Shown here piece by piece: positions 10,028-20,939 of a stretch of DNA of 37,940 nt (positions are counted from its first letter, which is position 1; each line of letters starts with the position of its first letter). The DNA lies in contig CANQYG010000003.1 of assembly GCA_947628015.1 (NCBI GenBank), positions 1-37,940 on the forward strand, read 5' to 3'. The translations under genes were made by a program, and so were the position numbers. The notes below the pieces were generated by a model. It was not told the DNA's origin. It was given only the letters and a program-made list of their open reading frames with translations, and ran no database searches. This DNA comes from an uncultured Clostridia bacterium. GTDB lineage: Bacteria; Bacillota; Clostridia; TANB77; CAG-508.

Positions 10028-10043
10028 TTTTGATTTTCCTTTC

Positions 10044-11348
10044 TTAATATATTTTTTTCTCTTCATTATATTCTGTTTTGAATAAATTATATATTATTAA
10101 AAATATACATACACATATTAAAAAGGTATATCTATATGTGAAAAACATATGCTGAAAGAAATGTTGTCTTAATACTATTATCCATAAGAGTACTAATAAT
10201 TCAATGAAAAAATATATAGATATTTCTTTTATATTTAGTTTAACATTTTTTATATCTTTAAATTTGATTATTTTTATTATTGTTAATAAACTTAATACTA
10301 TAAGTGATATAGATAATGGCTTTAAAATAAATTGAATTAGTTCTAATAAATTGTCTATGCTTATATTAGTTGTCGTTGTAGATCTGTAACTAAATTGGCT
10401 TATTGATGTTTGTATTAATCCTCTATTAAATAATAAATCTACTAATATCCATTTTATAAGAAAAACTCCAAAATAGCCTATACCCCACATAACACAATAT
10501 TTAAACATTTCTATAAATAATTTTTTTATATTATATTTATTTTTATTTTGAAGCAAGCCATATATTAATAATGGAACTCCTAATGTTAGCATCGGAACTG
10601 TTAATAAATCTGTAAAACTTGTTAATCCTCCTATTATAAGAAATAGCAAACCTTTGTCTTTTATATTTCTTGATAATATTAAGATAGATGAAATCATTGT
10701 TATTAAAAATACAGGTGCTCCTTGTGTTGATAATCCTATATAGAAATAATCACACATTAGCAATCCACAAAAAAATATAATCGCTGTCCCTAAATTTATT
10801 TTCTTATATATCATGTAAATTAATATTATGGATAATATTAAAAGTATAACAACTAATATGGCTCTTATTTGAGAAATATTAAATAAAGCGAGTAATGGTC
10901 TTAAGAAGACTAAATATCCATGCCAGTATCTAGCATATTCAAAGCTTTCAGTTGTATCATTGTTTACAGTATCTCTTAAATCTCCAACCTGATTTACCTC
11001 TTTATATTTCGAAGATGATTTAAGCTCTCCTGTTGTGTCTGGATAAATTACTTCTGTTTTTCCTTTTATGTAATTTTTTCTTGCTAACATACTTGAACAA
11101 AATGGATCTGTATCATCAATAGAATATGCAGTATTAATCATAAGTGCATCTGAATAATTGTCAAATTTTGTTGCTCTTCCATTTATAATAATTATTCGTG
11201 AATTATGTTGACCACATAATATTTCTGAGCTTTCTTTCACTTTTTTCGTTAAAGCATCTCTTGGTATTAATGATGTGACTGTTAATAAAATACAAAATAC
11301 TATTATCATTAATATAAATGTTACTACATATTTTAATATATTTTTCAT
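10044..11348 (-). CDS. Polytopic membrane protein, putative GT-C-type glycosyltransferase
   Basis: 434 aa; N-terminal TM, extracellular loop with DNYSDALM and YARYWHGY, then many TM segments. Confidence 0.55.
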   Translation of the reverse strand: MKNILKYVVTFILMIIVFCILLTVTSLIPRDALTKKVKESSEILCGQHNSRIIIINGRATKFDNYSDALMINTAYSIDDTDPFCSSMLARKNYIKGKTEVIYPDTTGELKSSSKYKEVNQVGDLRDTVNNDTTESFEYARYWHGYLVFLRPLLALFNISQIRAILVVILLILSIILIYMIYKKINLGTAIIFFCGLLMCDYFYIGLSTQGAPVFLITMISSILILSRNIKDKGLLFLIIGGLTSFTDLLTVPMLTLGVPLLIYGLLQNKNKYNIKKLFIEMFKYCVMWGIGYFGVFLIKWILVDLLFNRGLIQTSISQFSYRSTTTTNISIDNLLELIQFILKPLSISLIVLSLLTIIKIIKFKDIKNVKLNIKEISIYFFIELLVLLWIIVLRQHFFQHMFFTYRYTFLICVCIFLIIYNLFKTEYNEEKKIY

Positions 11349-11360
11349 AATTTTTATCCT

Positions 11361-12410
11361 TTATTCGTAAGTTGTTGTATCAATTTCAAAAATATCAATA
11401 CCTTTTTCATTTAAAACAAAAAATCTAACCATATAATTTTCTTCATCTCTATAACAAGTTTTTGGAATTTCTATCCAAGGTTCTACTACATAATGATTAT
11501 CTGTTATTTTAATATAATAATTTTCATATACTGTTCCATCGGTATCTTGAGTCCTATTGTGTTTTTTATCATATACATAACATTCAACTAAATACATCTT
11601 TCCATTTATTATTTTTTTAATTAAATCTTTATTTTTCATCATTGCTTTATTAGATTTTTTCCAAAAATAGAATGAAACTGCAATCATAAAAATATATCCT
11701 AACCAATCATTTCTTGTATATTCTGTTGGTTCCGTAATTACAAATATTATTCCAATTACCCAAAACATAAGATTTAAAAATAAAACTATAGATAGTATTA
11801 AAAAAAATATTCTAGGCTTGTTTTTAATATTTTTTCTAGTAATATATTCTTCTTTTTCTTCTAATGATAGTTCTTTTACATTATTAAATTTATTTATAAC
11901 ATCTGATTTTGATATAATATTATCTTTATTAATTTTCCTTTCTGTCATATCTTTATATTTATACATAATATAATTATAAATCTGATATCCTCTAGTCATT
12001 GAAACAAATTTTTTATTTTTATCTCTAAAAAATAAATCAGTTGGGCTAAAAGTTTCTTTCTTTACATGAAATTCATTGTTTTTAAATTTAATGTTAATAT
12101 AGTTTTCATCTGATTCTACTTCATAATCTGAATCATCTTGCGATTCTGGTATATTGCGTGGCATATACACTAATCCAATATATATAACATAAATTCCAAG
12201 AATTGATAGTCCAATATTTGTTATTCCAAACATTCCAATAATTCCATTATTTATAACAACATAGGTTGATATATCACTAAATTTTATGTTATTTATTATC
12301 ACATCAATACAATTAAAGTAGAAACATACAAAACCACTTAAAGCTATTATTAAACAACTTAATAATTTTCCAAATTTCTTTTTTATAATTAAATTTTTAT
12401 AATACTTCAT
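11361..12410 (-). CDS. Hypothetical membrane protein
   Basis: 349 aa with about four hydrophobic segments; AAAGGA RBS. Confidence 0.7.
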   Translation of the reverse strand: MKYYKNLIIKKKFGKLLSCLIIALSGFVCFYFNCIDVIINNIKFSDISTYVVINNGIIGMFGITNIGLSILGIYVIYIGLVYMPRNIPESQDDSDYEVESDENYINIKFKNNEFHVKKETFSPTDLFFRDKNKKFVSMTRGYQIYNYIMYKYKDMTERKINKDNIISKSDVINKFNNVKELSLEEKEEYITRKNIKNKPRIFFLILSIVLFLNLMFWVIGIIFVITEPTEYTRNDWLGYIFMIAVSFYFWKKSNKAMMKNKDLIKKIINGKMYLVECYVYDKKHNRTQDTDGTVYENYYIKITDNHYVVEPWIEIPKTCYRDEENYMVRFFVLNEKGIDIFEIDTTTYE

Positions 12411-12630
12411 TTTTTATTTCCTTTCATTTTGAACTACTCTAATTTTTTGAGTAGTTCGATTTTTTTCTAATTCTCCAGTTTTAAAATGCTATTTTTTAAT
12501 TTCTTTAAAAAACCCAAGAATAATATATCATATTTAATAAAATTTTTACACAAATTATAAAAAATAATGTAAAAAATAAATAAAAGGATTTTTATTCAAT
12601 ATTTCATATAAATATTTTTTACTTTAAAGT

Positions 12631-12684
12631 AAATAAAGAAGTGGTACAAGATATTTAAATTTTCTTATTACCACTTCTTTATTT
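12631..12684 (-). terminator. Long-stem terminator
   Basis: AAATAAAGAAGTGGTA...TACCACTTCTTTATTT inverted repeat at the stop of 12683..13948. Confidence 0.7.
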
Positions 12685-13948
12685 ATTTTTTTCTTTTTAA
12701 TATTGAAATTACTAAAAAAGAAACTATCAATACAATTACCATTATAGCAGGTAAATTATTTATACCAGTTTTTGGTGTGTTATCTAATTTACCAGTTTTA
12801 TTAGCTTTATCTATTAATTCTAGTGAATCAATAGCATCATTAATAGCATCTGCCATAGCATCTACTTCGCTTTGCTCTAATACATTTTTACCTCTAATTA
12901 CTGCGTTAATTGCTTTTTCAACAGCACTAAAATCTTTATAATCAGCTTTATTTAATTTGTTAGCCCTAGCAATTGCTTCTTCAACTTCGCTATAATCTGC
13001 CTCAGCGAATATTATTTCATTTCCATCACCTTCCGCGACTTTAAATGCTTCTTTTTTTATATTATCAGTATTTAAGCTATTCACGTGATATACTTTAATA
13101 CTACCTTTTTTTGTATAAAATCCGTAATCACCAGCAAGGGTTATATTTCCACCATCAATTATTATATTTTTATTTTTTAATATTCCTGTTGCTATTACTG
13201 CTGAATTAGAGGCTTGAGAGCTAAGAAACATATTCCCACCACTTATTACTATTCCTTCATCTTTGGTATCCCAATCGCCAGGCGTTCCAGAAACAAGGAT
13301 TGCTGAATCGTTTGATTTAATATCTATATTTCCACCAGTAATTTTTACTTGTACCAAAGCATAAATACCATTTACCTTTCCTAAACTAGTTTCCATATTT
13401 TCAGTATTAATATTAACATTTCCACCATTTATAGTTATAGTTCCATCTACCCAGAACCCACCCCTACTGTTTATAGTTCCAGATTCAATGTTTAAGTCAT
13501 ATGCATAGTGAATGGTATTTCCTAGATTAAACCCTCTTCTTGCATCTGCCTTGGTTACTTCTAAATTTAAAATACCATTATTTGAACTTTTTAAAGTAAG
13601 GCTTCCGTGAGTACCTTCTGTATTACTCCCTACTCCGTAGAATATAGGTTTAGATTCCGACTTTAGAGTATTTATCCCTTCATATTTTACTATTATGTTA
13701 TCATTTTTGTTAAAAATAAAACATGGCTGGTCACCTAGCACTTCAAAATTTGCATTTTTTAAAGTTAGTGTTTTTGTTTGACTATCCCATTTCCATCCAT
13801 GAGTGTCAAGCTTATCTTCTGTTGTATGAGTTCTTAAATCTAGTGTTACAGTTTGTTTTTCTATATTTGCTGCTGAAACAAAATTTGGTATCACACAAAA
13901 TATAGAAATTAAAAATAAAATAATAAATATTTTTGATTTTAACATCAT
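12683..13948 (-). CDS. Sortase-anchored surface protein with beta-helix carbohydrate-binding-like repeats and a FIVAR-like domain
   Basis: Signal peptide; repeated (L/I/V)xIxGGxIxI turns; ADYSEVEEAIARA...QSEVDAMADAINDAI; TPKTG + TM + KRKK. Confidence 0.75.
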   Translation of the reverse strand: MMLKSKIFIILFLISIFCVIPNFVSAANIEKQTVTLDLRTHTTEDKLDTHGWKWDSQTKTLTLKNANFEVLGDQPCFIFNKNDNIIVKYEGINTLKSESKPIFYGVGSNTEGTHGSLTLKSSNNGILNLEVTKADARRGFNLGNTIHYAYDLNIESGTINSRGGFWVDGTITINGGNVNINTENMETSLGKVNGIYALVQVKITGGNIDIKSNDSAILVSGTPGDWDTKDEGIVISGGNMFLSSQASNSAVIATGILKNKNIIIDGGNITLAGDYGFYTKKGSIKVYHVNSLNTDNIKKEAFKVAEGDGNEIIFAEADYSEVEEAIARANKLNKADYKDFSAVEKAINAVIRGKNVLEQSEVDAMADAINDAIDSLELIDKANKTGKLDNTPKTGINNLPAIMVIVLIVSFLVISILKRKK

Positions 13949-14053
13949 AATCTCCTTTTACATTATAATTATAAATAAAATATAATATTATTATTTTTCA
14001 TTATAATATAAAATATACACGAATAATCTTGAACTCATAATTCTTTATCTTTT

Positions 14054-14368
14054 TTAATTTTCTATTTTATATACATTTTTTGCAAATAATTCTACTATGT
14101 TTTTTACTAAAGGATATTCATCAAATTTGTATTCTTTAATAGGTTCTTCTCCATAATATTGAGGATAAACATCATTTGCACTTCCTGTTACTATTAATCC
14201 ATCACAAATACTACATATATCTCTTAAATTCTTTTCTGATATAACAGGGATAAGCAGAATTCCTAAATCATCAAATATTTCTTTAAAAGCATTATCTAAA
14301 TAATATCTTTGATTAAAAGGCTTATGATTATCATCATTTTCTATTCTTTCAATTATTGCTATTTTCAT
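14054..14368 (-). pseudogene. Truncated peptidase C26 / gamma-glutamyl-GABA hydrolase (class I GATase), N-terminal half only
   Basis: CDGLIVTGSANDVYPQYYGE motif present, but the ORF ends just before the expected KPILGIC nucleophile motif and no C-terminal half follows. Confidence 0.65.
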
Positions 14369-14592
14369 ATTTTGCTCTCCTCCATATATTTTAATTTAAT
14401 CATTTTTTATAGTATACTCATAGATTTTGCAATTCTCACATGTAAATAATATACTCCTTAAAGATATTATAATAACAATGTTTGAAGTTTATTTGGATTT
14501 ACCAAAGTTGAGTTTTCTGCCTTATTCAAAAGTTCTTGTTTTCCTTTATATTTAAAGTTTTGTCCGTTTTTGGGGTTAAAATATATAACATC

Positions 14593-15621
14593 CTATTTCT
14601 TATTGTCTATTTTTTTAGTTTCTATTGTCAGCTTATCAAAATCTGATATGTAATTTCTATCTTGTGTTACTTTAAACTTTTCATATTCCTTTGATGCCTT
14701 TGTATCTGCATCTAATTTAGAAATTTTTCCTTTACCCTCTAAAATTTTATAACGTCTTATTTTTAACACATTATCCACTTCTTCTTTCCAGTCCTTCATA
14801 TACATTGGTATGTTTCTTTGTGCACTATCTTCAGCAATGTCAAGAAAAATATTTACAATATTATTTAAATTCCTTAGTTCTTGTTCATCTAAGTAGTTTT
14901 TAGCAATAGTAATATCTGATTTTAATATTTTACCATCTGGCGACTCTTTCCAATTTGTTAATCCCATATTAGGCTTTTTACTATCTACTCTATTATAAAT
15001 TATTTCTGCTGCAGTCTCTCCAGTAATTGCATAGTGAAATTTATTTTGTATACTGGCATAAAAGTCTTTAGCTAATTCACTCGTATTATCATAATCAATT
15101 GAACATTCTGCAAAAATATCAGTTATTTTCTGATAAAACATTCTTTCACTAGTACGAATTAATTTTATTCTTTCTAATAATCTTTTAAAGTATTCTTGAT
15201 CAGATTTTCTGCCTTTCATAAATCTATCATCATCTAGAGCAAAACCTTGAATCATATAATCTTTTATAATTTTATTTGCCCATGTTCTAAATTTAATTGC
15301 AGGTTTTGAATTTACTCTAAATCCTATAGAAATAATCATATCTAAATTATAATAAGCAATATTTCTTGTAACGCTTCTTATCCCTTCTGTTTGAACTTGT
15401 GCAATTTTTGCACAAGTTGAATTCTCTTCTAATTCTTCTTCTTTATAAATATTATTTATATGTCTAGTTATACCTGTTCTATCTATCTTAAATAGTTTAG
15501 TCAATGACTCAATATTTAACCATACATTTTCATTTTGTAATATAACTTCTATTCTAGTTTTTCCTTCTTCATCATTGTAAAAAATTATATTATTTTCATT
15601 TCCTATTAATTTATTGTCCAA
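14593..15621 (-). CDS. rhuM: RhuM-family DNA-binding protein
   Basis: YYNLDMIISIGFRVNS, FRTWA, QGFALDDDR, IRTSERMFYQKITDI, QNKFHYAITGETAAEII, KPNMGLTNW; TTG start after AGGAG. Confidence 0.88.
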   Translation of the reverse strand: MDNKLIGNENNIIFYNDEEGKTRIEVILQNENVWLNIESLTKLFKIDRTGITRHINNIYKEEELEENSTCAKIAQVQTEGIRSVTRNIAYYNLDMIISIGFRVNSKPAIKFRTWANKIIKDYMIQGFALDDDRFMKGRKSDQEYFKRLLERIKLIRTSERMFYQKITDIFAECSIDYDNTSELAKDFYASIQNKFHYAITGETAAEIIYNRVDSKKPNMGLTNWKESPDGKILKSDITIAKNYLDEQELRNLNNIVNIFLDIAEDSAQRNIPMYMKDWKEEVDNVLKIRRYKILEGKGKISKLDADTKASKEYEKFKVTQDRNYISDFDKLTIETKKIDNKK

Positions 15622-15685
15622 TAGCTTCTCCTTCCAATATATATTTTTTATTTGTTTAATAATATGATGGCAAACTAAACACCAT

Positions 15686-16732
15686 TTAAATATTAACTTT
15701 TGCTTTTTTCAAATCTTTTGAATAATAATACATATCAACACATTTTAAATCTCTATCCCATATTTCTTCTTCATAGTTATCTATAAAGTAATTTTTTATT
15801 GTCTTCTCATATTTATCAAAGCCTTGTTTTACATAGAAGGGAATATTATTCTCTGATGTTCCCACTAACATCTTATCATATTTTTGTTTATAGTTGCCAC
15901 ATAGGGATTTTAATAACTTTTTAGCATAACCTTTTCCTCTATATTCTTTTTTAGTAACTAGATTTTTTAGTTCTAATGTTTTATTATCAATGTGCAAAAT
16001 AACAGCTAATGAAACTATATTTTCTTCCACTTGTAATCCATAAACATCAGAGTCGCTTAAATACTTGTTAATACTTGCTTTTGATGGATTTGCCTCTAAT
16101 AATAAATCAATGTAGTCGTTTTTATTCTCTATTCTTTTTACACATAAAGACCATCTTCTTGTGTCCTCAAAGCCTTCTGGTAATACTGGTTTTGGTGGAT
16201 TGGGGTTATTATATCTACTTTCCTCCGAGAAAATACACCCACAGTATTTTTGCATATATAAACCTAACTCTTTTGCTTTATTATGACCTTTCCAAAAACC
16301 TTCTCTAAAGTCTCTATATAAAAATTCTATTCCATATTCTTTACTTAACTTTTCCATATAATTTTTTATAAAGTCATGTTTTTGATAGATACTATACAGT
16401 AATGTTGTCGATACTGCATCATATCCATTTTCTTTAGCATATTCAAATGTTTTTCTTAATCTTACTGGATAGCAATAATTTACGCACCTATTATTTAAGT
16501 CTTTTACCGCTTCTTTGCAAAAATTATCTAGTCCATATTCTTCTTCAAATATTGCTTTTACATCTATACTTTTACTATACTCTTTTAAGCAATCTCTTCT
16601 TGCTTTATATTCTGTGTATGGATGAATATTAGGATTATACCAATACAATGTTGGTTCTATTCCTTCTTCTCTTAATTTATCTATACAATACACACTACAA
16701 GGTGCACAACATGTATGTAATAATAATTTCAT
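15686..16732 (-). CDS. queH: Epoxyqueuosine reductase QueH fused to a C-terminal GNAT acetyltransferase
   Basis: LLHTCCAPCS, YNPNIHPYTEY, RC..CY..RL, TTLLYS, LYMQKYCGCIFS; then LLLEANPS, ELKNL, EYRGKGYAKKLL, FYVKQGF (GNAT motif A). Confidence 0.88.
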   Translation of the reverse strand: MKLLLHTCCAPCSVYCIDKLREEGIEPTLYWYNPNIHPYTEYKARRDCLKEYSKSIDVKAIFEEEYGLDNFCKEAVKDLNNRCVNYCYPVRLRKTFEYAKENGYDAVSTTLLYSIYQKHDFIKNYMEKLSKEYGIEFLYRDFREGFWKGHNKAKELGLYMQKYCGCIFSEESRYNNPNPPKPVLPEGFEDTRRWSLCVKRIENKNDYIDLLLEANPSKASINKYLSDSDVYGLQVEENIVSLAVILHIDNKTLELKNLVTKKEYRGKGYAKKLLKSLCGNYKQKYDKMLVGTSENNIPFYVKQGFDKYEKTIKNYFIDNYEEEIWDRDLKCVDMYYYSKDLKKAKVNI

Positions 16733-16774
16733 TTTTCTCTTATAATCAATCTTTTTTTGATTAATCCCTTTCTT

Positions 16775-18649
16775 TTAATTTTCTATATTATATTTTAATA
16801 TTCCTCCTGAGCCATTTTCAAAGACTACTTCTGCATTTTCCCACAATTTTTCTTTATAAAATTGATAATATTCTCCTCTATTAAAATATACTAAATAATC
16901 TATTTTTCCTACTCGATTTCCTAAATACATCATTTTATATTTTATTTTATTTCCACCTGTATGTTCATCATCATCATTTATTATTCTAGTCATCGAGTAC
17001 GCCCATGCTCCTTGTTCTATATCTCCTGCTATTTCTGTTTTACTATCTTCTGGAATCATTTTTAAACTCATTTTCAATATTTCTATTTCTTCTAAATTTA
17101 AATCCTTTGGATGTTCATATATTGTTTTATTTGCTCCATATATATCTGCAACTTGCAATATATTTTCTTCCCTATCTATTACTCCATGTGATATATTTGT
17201 TTCAAAAAATAATAAGTTTACTACTATAGCAATTATATATGTTGCAACTATAGCAAATGGAATTATTTTATTTTCTTCATACAACGCTAGCAATCCCTTA
17301 TATGCTAAATAATATAATAAAAGCCAAATAGCATAATAATTCTTTGACAAATAGTAAATTGACACTTTTTGAAAAAAGTGACCTATAAAAAGTATTATTA
17401 TAAATACTACTGCTAATATAGTAATTATTGATACTCCCTTATTTTCTTTCTCATTTTTATACATAGCTATTATTACAAATGGAATTAATGGTAATATATT
17501 TGAAAACAAATTAACATATATGTATCCAAATGCTGCTAATCCTTGGCTTATTAATTTGTTTTGTTGACTTAGAGCTTTTTGAAAGTCTACTGACTTTCGT
17601 ATGATTACTCCATATATTTCTGGTGCAATATGATAAATATATCCTAATAAAAATGGAATTAGAAGTGTTACTAATAGTTGTATAATTAATTTTTTATTAA
17701 ATAGTGATTTTAGTTTACTTTTTGAATCTGCTCTATTTTTTCTATATTCATTAATACAAAAATATATCCACAATCCACTATACACAAATGGAACAAACAT
17801 ATAATATGCGCAAAATACTCCAAAATTTAGCAAAAAGAATACTATCAAATTTTGTTTATATCCTATTTCTTCTTTTTGATATACATCTATACTTGCAATT
17901 ATTGCACTTATTATTAATATTCCCATGCTTAGATATTCAAATCCAAACAGCATACTATTTAGTGGATATCCCATCATATATAGCAAAGATACAATAAATG
18001 CTAAAAATCTTGTTTTTCCATCTTTTGCAAATCTTGAAATTGTACTATAAAACATCCATCCACTTAAGAATAAAATGAACATTCCAAACAATATAAATAT
18101 TTTGTAATTATCAAAAGAATCAATTACATTTTCAAATAATTTCATAATTAGTCCAGAATTTACATATGATACTGTTTTTCTATTATCAAATATTCCAAAT
18201 ACTTCATCTGCCTCTTTTTGATTAGCAAGTAATGTGTCTTGTTCTTTAAAAAGTTCTGATGTTAGATAGTGTGTTGCAGGATCTCCTGTCTCATATTTAA
18301 TTTCAAATGGAAATCCAAAGTTTAAGTATCCTGCTCCTATTGTTGCAATAGCTAATAAACTTATATATAATAAATCTATTTTTTTGAAACAAAATTTTTG
18401 TATTTTCTTTGTTTTTACCAAATAAATAATTATAATGATACTAAATACATAATTAATTATACTTAAATTCAATAAACTAGATGAAATTGTAAAGAATGTT
18501 AATACATAACAAATAAATGTATTATAGCAAAATAGCAATACTATTGTTAATGCTATTTGTTTTAATATGTCAACTTTTTTATCTGCCTTTTTTATTAACA
18601 TATATGATATAAATAATATAACTACTGATAATACATAAATTATTCCCAT
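16775..18649 (-). CDS. Polytopic membrane protein, putative GT-C-type glycosyltransferase
   Basis: 624 aa with more than 10 TM segments; acidic loop motif TGDPATHY; soluble C-terminal tail; sits next to the glycosylation cluster. Confidence 0.5.
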   Translation of the reverse strand: MGIIYVLSVVILFISYMLIKKADKKVDILKQIALTIVLLFCYNTFICYVLTFFTISSSLLNLSIINYVFSIIIIIYLVKTKKIQKFCFKKIDLLYISLLAIATIGAGYLNFGFPFEIKYETGDPATHYLTSELFKEQDTLLANQKEADEVFGIFDNRKTVSYVNSGLIMKLFENVIDSFDNYKIFILFGMFILFLSGWMFYSTISRFAKDGKTRFLAFIVSLLYMMGYPLNSMLFGFEYLSMGILIISAIIASIDVYQKEEIGYKQNLIVFFLLNFGVFCAYYMFVPFVYSGLWIYFCINEYRKNRADSKSKLKSLFNKKLIIQLLVTLLIPFLLGYIYHIAPEIYGVIIRKSVDFQKALSQQNKLISQGLAAFGYIYVNLFSNILPLIPFVIIAMYKNEKENKGVSIITILAVVFIIILFIGHFFQKVSIYYLSKNYYAIWLLLYYLAYKGLLALYEENKIIPFAIVATYIIAIVVNLLFFETNISHGVIDREENILQVADIYGANKTIYEHPKDLNLEEIEILKMSLKMIPEDSKTEIAGDIEQGAWAYSMTRIINDDDEHTGGNKIKYKMMYLGNRVGKIDYLVYFNRGEYYQFYKEKLWENAEVVFENGSGGILKYNIEN

Positions 18650-18728
18650 TTTTTCTCCTAATTCTTAGGTTATTTTACTAATTTTAAAATTATTTTATCT
18701 TTTTGTTTTTATTTTTTATTTTCATCTT

Positions 18729-19736
18729 TTATCTGTTATATTCTAGTCCTAAATGTTTATATGCTGCTGGAAGAGCTATTCTTCCTCTAGTTGTCCTCGA
18801 TATAAAACCAATTTGTATTAGATATGGCTCATATACATCTTCTATTGTTGCTACTTCTTCTCCTAATGTTGTTGCCAAAGCGTCTACTCCTACTGCTCTT
18901 CCATGATACTTATTTATCAATGTATCTAATATTTTTTTATCTATTGCATCTAATCCCATACTGTCAATATCTAGTTTATTTAATGATACTTTTGCTATTT
19001 CTAATGTTACTTCTCCATTTCCTAAAACTGATGCATAGTCTCTTACTCTTTTTAAAAGTCTATTTGCAATTCTTGGTGTTCCTCTAGACCTTCTCGCTAT
19101 TTCTATTGTTGCTTCATCATCAATTTTTATATTTAAAATACTTGCTGACCTTTTTATGATTACGCTTAAATCTTCTACATCATAAAGTTCTAATCTTTCA
19201 ACTATTCCAAATCTATCTCTTAGTGGCGTAGTAAGTGAACCTACCCTTGTTGTCGCTCCTATTAATGTGAATTTTGGAAGATTTATTCTTATTGATTTTG
19301 CTGTTGGTCCTTTTCCAATAATTATGTCTAAGTTAAAGTCTTCTAATGCTGGATAAAGTATTTCTTCAACATTTTTATTTAATCTATGTATTTCATCTAT
19401 AAAAAGCACATCAAATTGTGACAAGCTTGTAAGAAGTGCTGCTAAATCTCCTGCTTTTTCTATTGCTGGGCCTGATGTTATTTTTATATTTGAGTTCATT
19501 TCATTTGATATAATGTTTGCAAGAGTAGTTTTTCCAAGTCCCGGTGGGCCATATAATAAAACATGGTCAAGTGGCTCACCTCTTTTTTTTGCCGCTTCTA
19601 TATAGACTTTCATATTTTCTTTTACCTTAGTTTGTCCGAAATATTCATCTAATTTTTTTGGTCTTAAAATATTTTCTTGTTTTTCTTCATAATTATTTTC
19701 TAAACCAGGATTTGTTATTTTATTATCTTCTTCCAT
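18729..19736 (-). CDS. ruvB: Holliday junction branch migration helicase RuvB
   Basis: [65 protein letters not shown] 19736 preferred over TTG 19745 by RBS spacing. Confidence 0.97.
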   Translation of the reverse strand: MEEDNKITNPGLENNYEEKQENILRPKKLDEYFGQTKVKENMKVYIEAAKKRGEPLDHVLLYGPPGLGKTTLANIISNEMNSNIKITSGPAIEKAGDLAALLTSLSQFDVLFIDEIHRLNKNVEEILYPALEDFNLDIIIGKGPTAKSIRINLPKFTLIGATTRVGSLTTPLRDRFGIVERLELYDVEDLSVIIKRSASILNIKIDDEATIEIARRSRGTPRIANRLLKRVRDYASVLGNGEVTLEIAKVSLNKLDIDSMGLDAIDKKILDTLINKYHGRAVGVDALATTLGEEVATIEDVYEPYLIQIGFISRTTRGRIALPAAYKHLGLEYNR

Positions 19737-19750
19737 TTGACTCAATCCTT

Positions 19751-20872
19751 TTATTTCTTATCTTCTTTGTTTGTTTCTTGTAGTAACATTTCTTTTCTCT
19801 TATTTTCTTCAAGCATTTCTTTATTATATTTTTTTATTTGTTTACTGCCTACTCCTAGCATTACTGCTGTTATTAGTATTAGTGATAAGGCTTTCCATAT
19901 ACCGTCATTTATTAATATTACTGTAAATAGTCCTATTGTTGCACTTATACAGTACAATATATATACTGCTTGTTTTTGTGTATAGCCTTTTTTCATTATT
20001 CTATGATGCAAATGTCCTCTATCTGCCTTAAATACTGCCTTTAGTGATTTTCCTTTAATTATTCTTCTTATTATTGCAAATATTGTATCAAATATTGGTA
20101 GTCCTAAAATTAATATTGGTGCAACTAGCACTAATGCTGTTACTGTTTTAGCTACTCCTAATATTGCAATTACTGATAAACTGTAACCTAGAAATTGCGC
20201 TCCTACATCTCCTATAAATGTCTTTGCTGGGTTTGCATTATATGGTAAAAATCCTAATATTGCACCTGCTAACGCTGTTATTAATACTATTGATATTACT
20301 GGTGAATCATTTGTTGCAAATATCAATAATAAAAATATACATGATATTAAAGTTATTCCTGAAGACAAGCCATCTAATCCATCTATTAAATTAATTGCAT
20401 TAGTAATTCCTACAATCCATCCAACTGTTAATATAAAGCTTACTGGCTCTGGTAATATTAAGCCACTTATATCTTCTATTCTTATTCCAAATGCAAATAT
20501 TATTATTGCTGATACTATCTGCGCTAATAGCTTTTGTATCGGTTTTAAAGTTTTTATATCATCTAAAAGTGCAAATATTCCTAAAACAATTATTCCTAGC
20601 AAAAATCCTATTAATTTGACTTTATAGTTTTCTGTATCATTTAAGTCTATTTTTCCTTCTAATGACATTGTTATTACCAGATAAACAGCCGATACAATAA
20701 AGCCAGAGATTACTGCTATTCCACCTATTCTCGGCATAGGCTTTTTATTTACTCTCCTATCTTCTGGCATATCTATTGCACCAACTTTTTTTGCAAGTTT
20801 AATAGTGTATGGTGTAACTACAAATGATGTTAAACATGCTAGCAAAAATGCTATTGCAATATCCCCCCACAT
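19751..20872 (-). CDS. tagO: Undecaprenyl-phosphate GlcNAc-1-P transferase (WecA/TagO, MraY family)
   Basis: [39 protein letters not shown]; start ATG 20872 after GGAGGT. Confidence 0.9.
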   Translation of the reverse strand: MWGDIAIAFLLACLTSFVVTPYTIKLAKKVGAIDMPEDRRVNKKPMPRIGGIAVISGFIVSAVYLVITMSLEGKIDLNDTENYKVKLIGFLLGIIVLGIFALLDDIKTLKPIQKLLAQIVSAIIIFAFGIRIEDISGLILPEPVSFILTVGWIVGITNAINLIDGLDGLSSGITLISCIFLLLIFATNDSPVISIVLITALAGAILGFLPYNANPAKTFIGDVGAQFLGYSLSVIAILGVAKTVTALVLVAPILILGLPIFDTIFAIIRRIIKGKSLKAVFKADRGHLHHRIMKKGYTQKQAVYILYCISATIGLFTVILINDGIWKALSLILITAVMLGVGSKQIKKYNKEMLEENKRKEMLLQETNKEDKK

Positions 20873-20939
20873 AAATTTACCTCCATTTTTATTGTAACCC
20901 ATATAATCGTTAGCAAGAAATTGAAATTTCAACAACGAT

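Noticed and set aside
14054-14100. Frameshift rescue of the truncated peptidase C26 gene
   Set aside because: No catalytic C-terminal half is visible downstream; only about 100 bp of AT-rich intergenic DNA precede the next gene.
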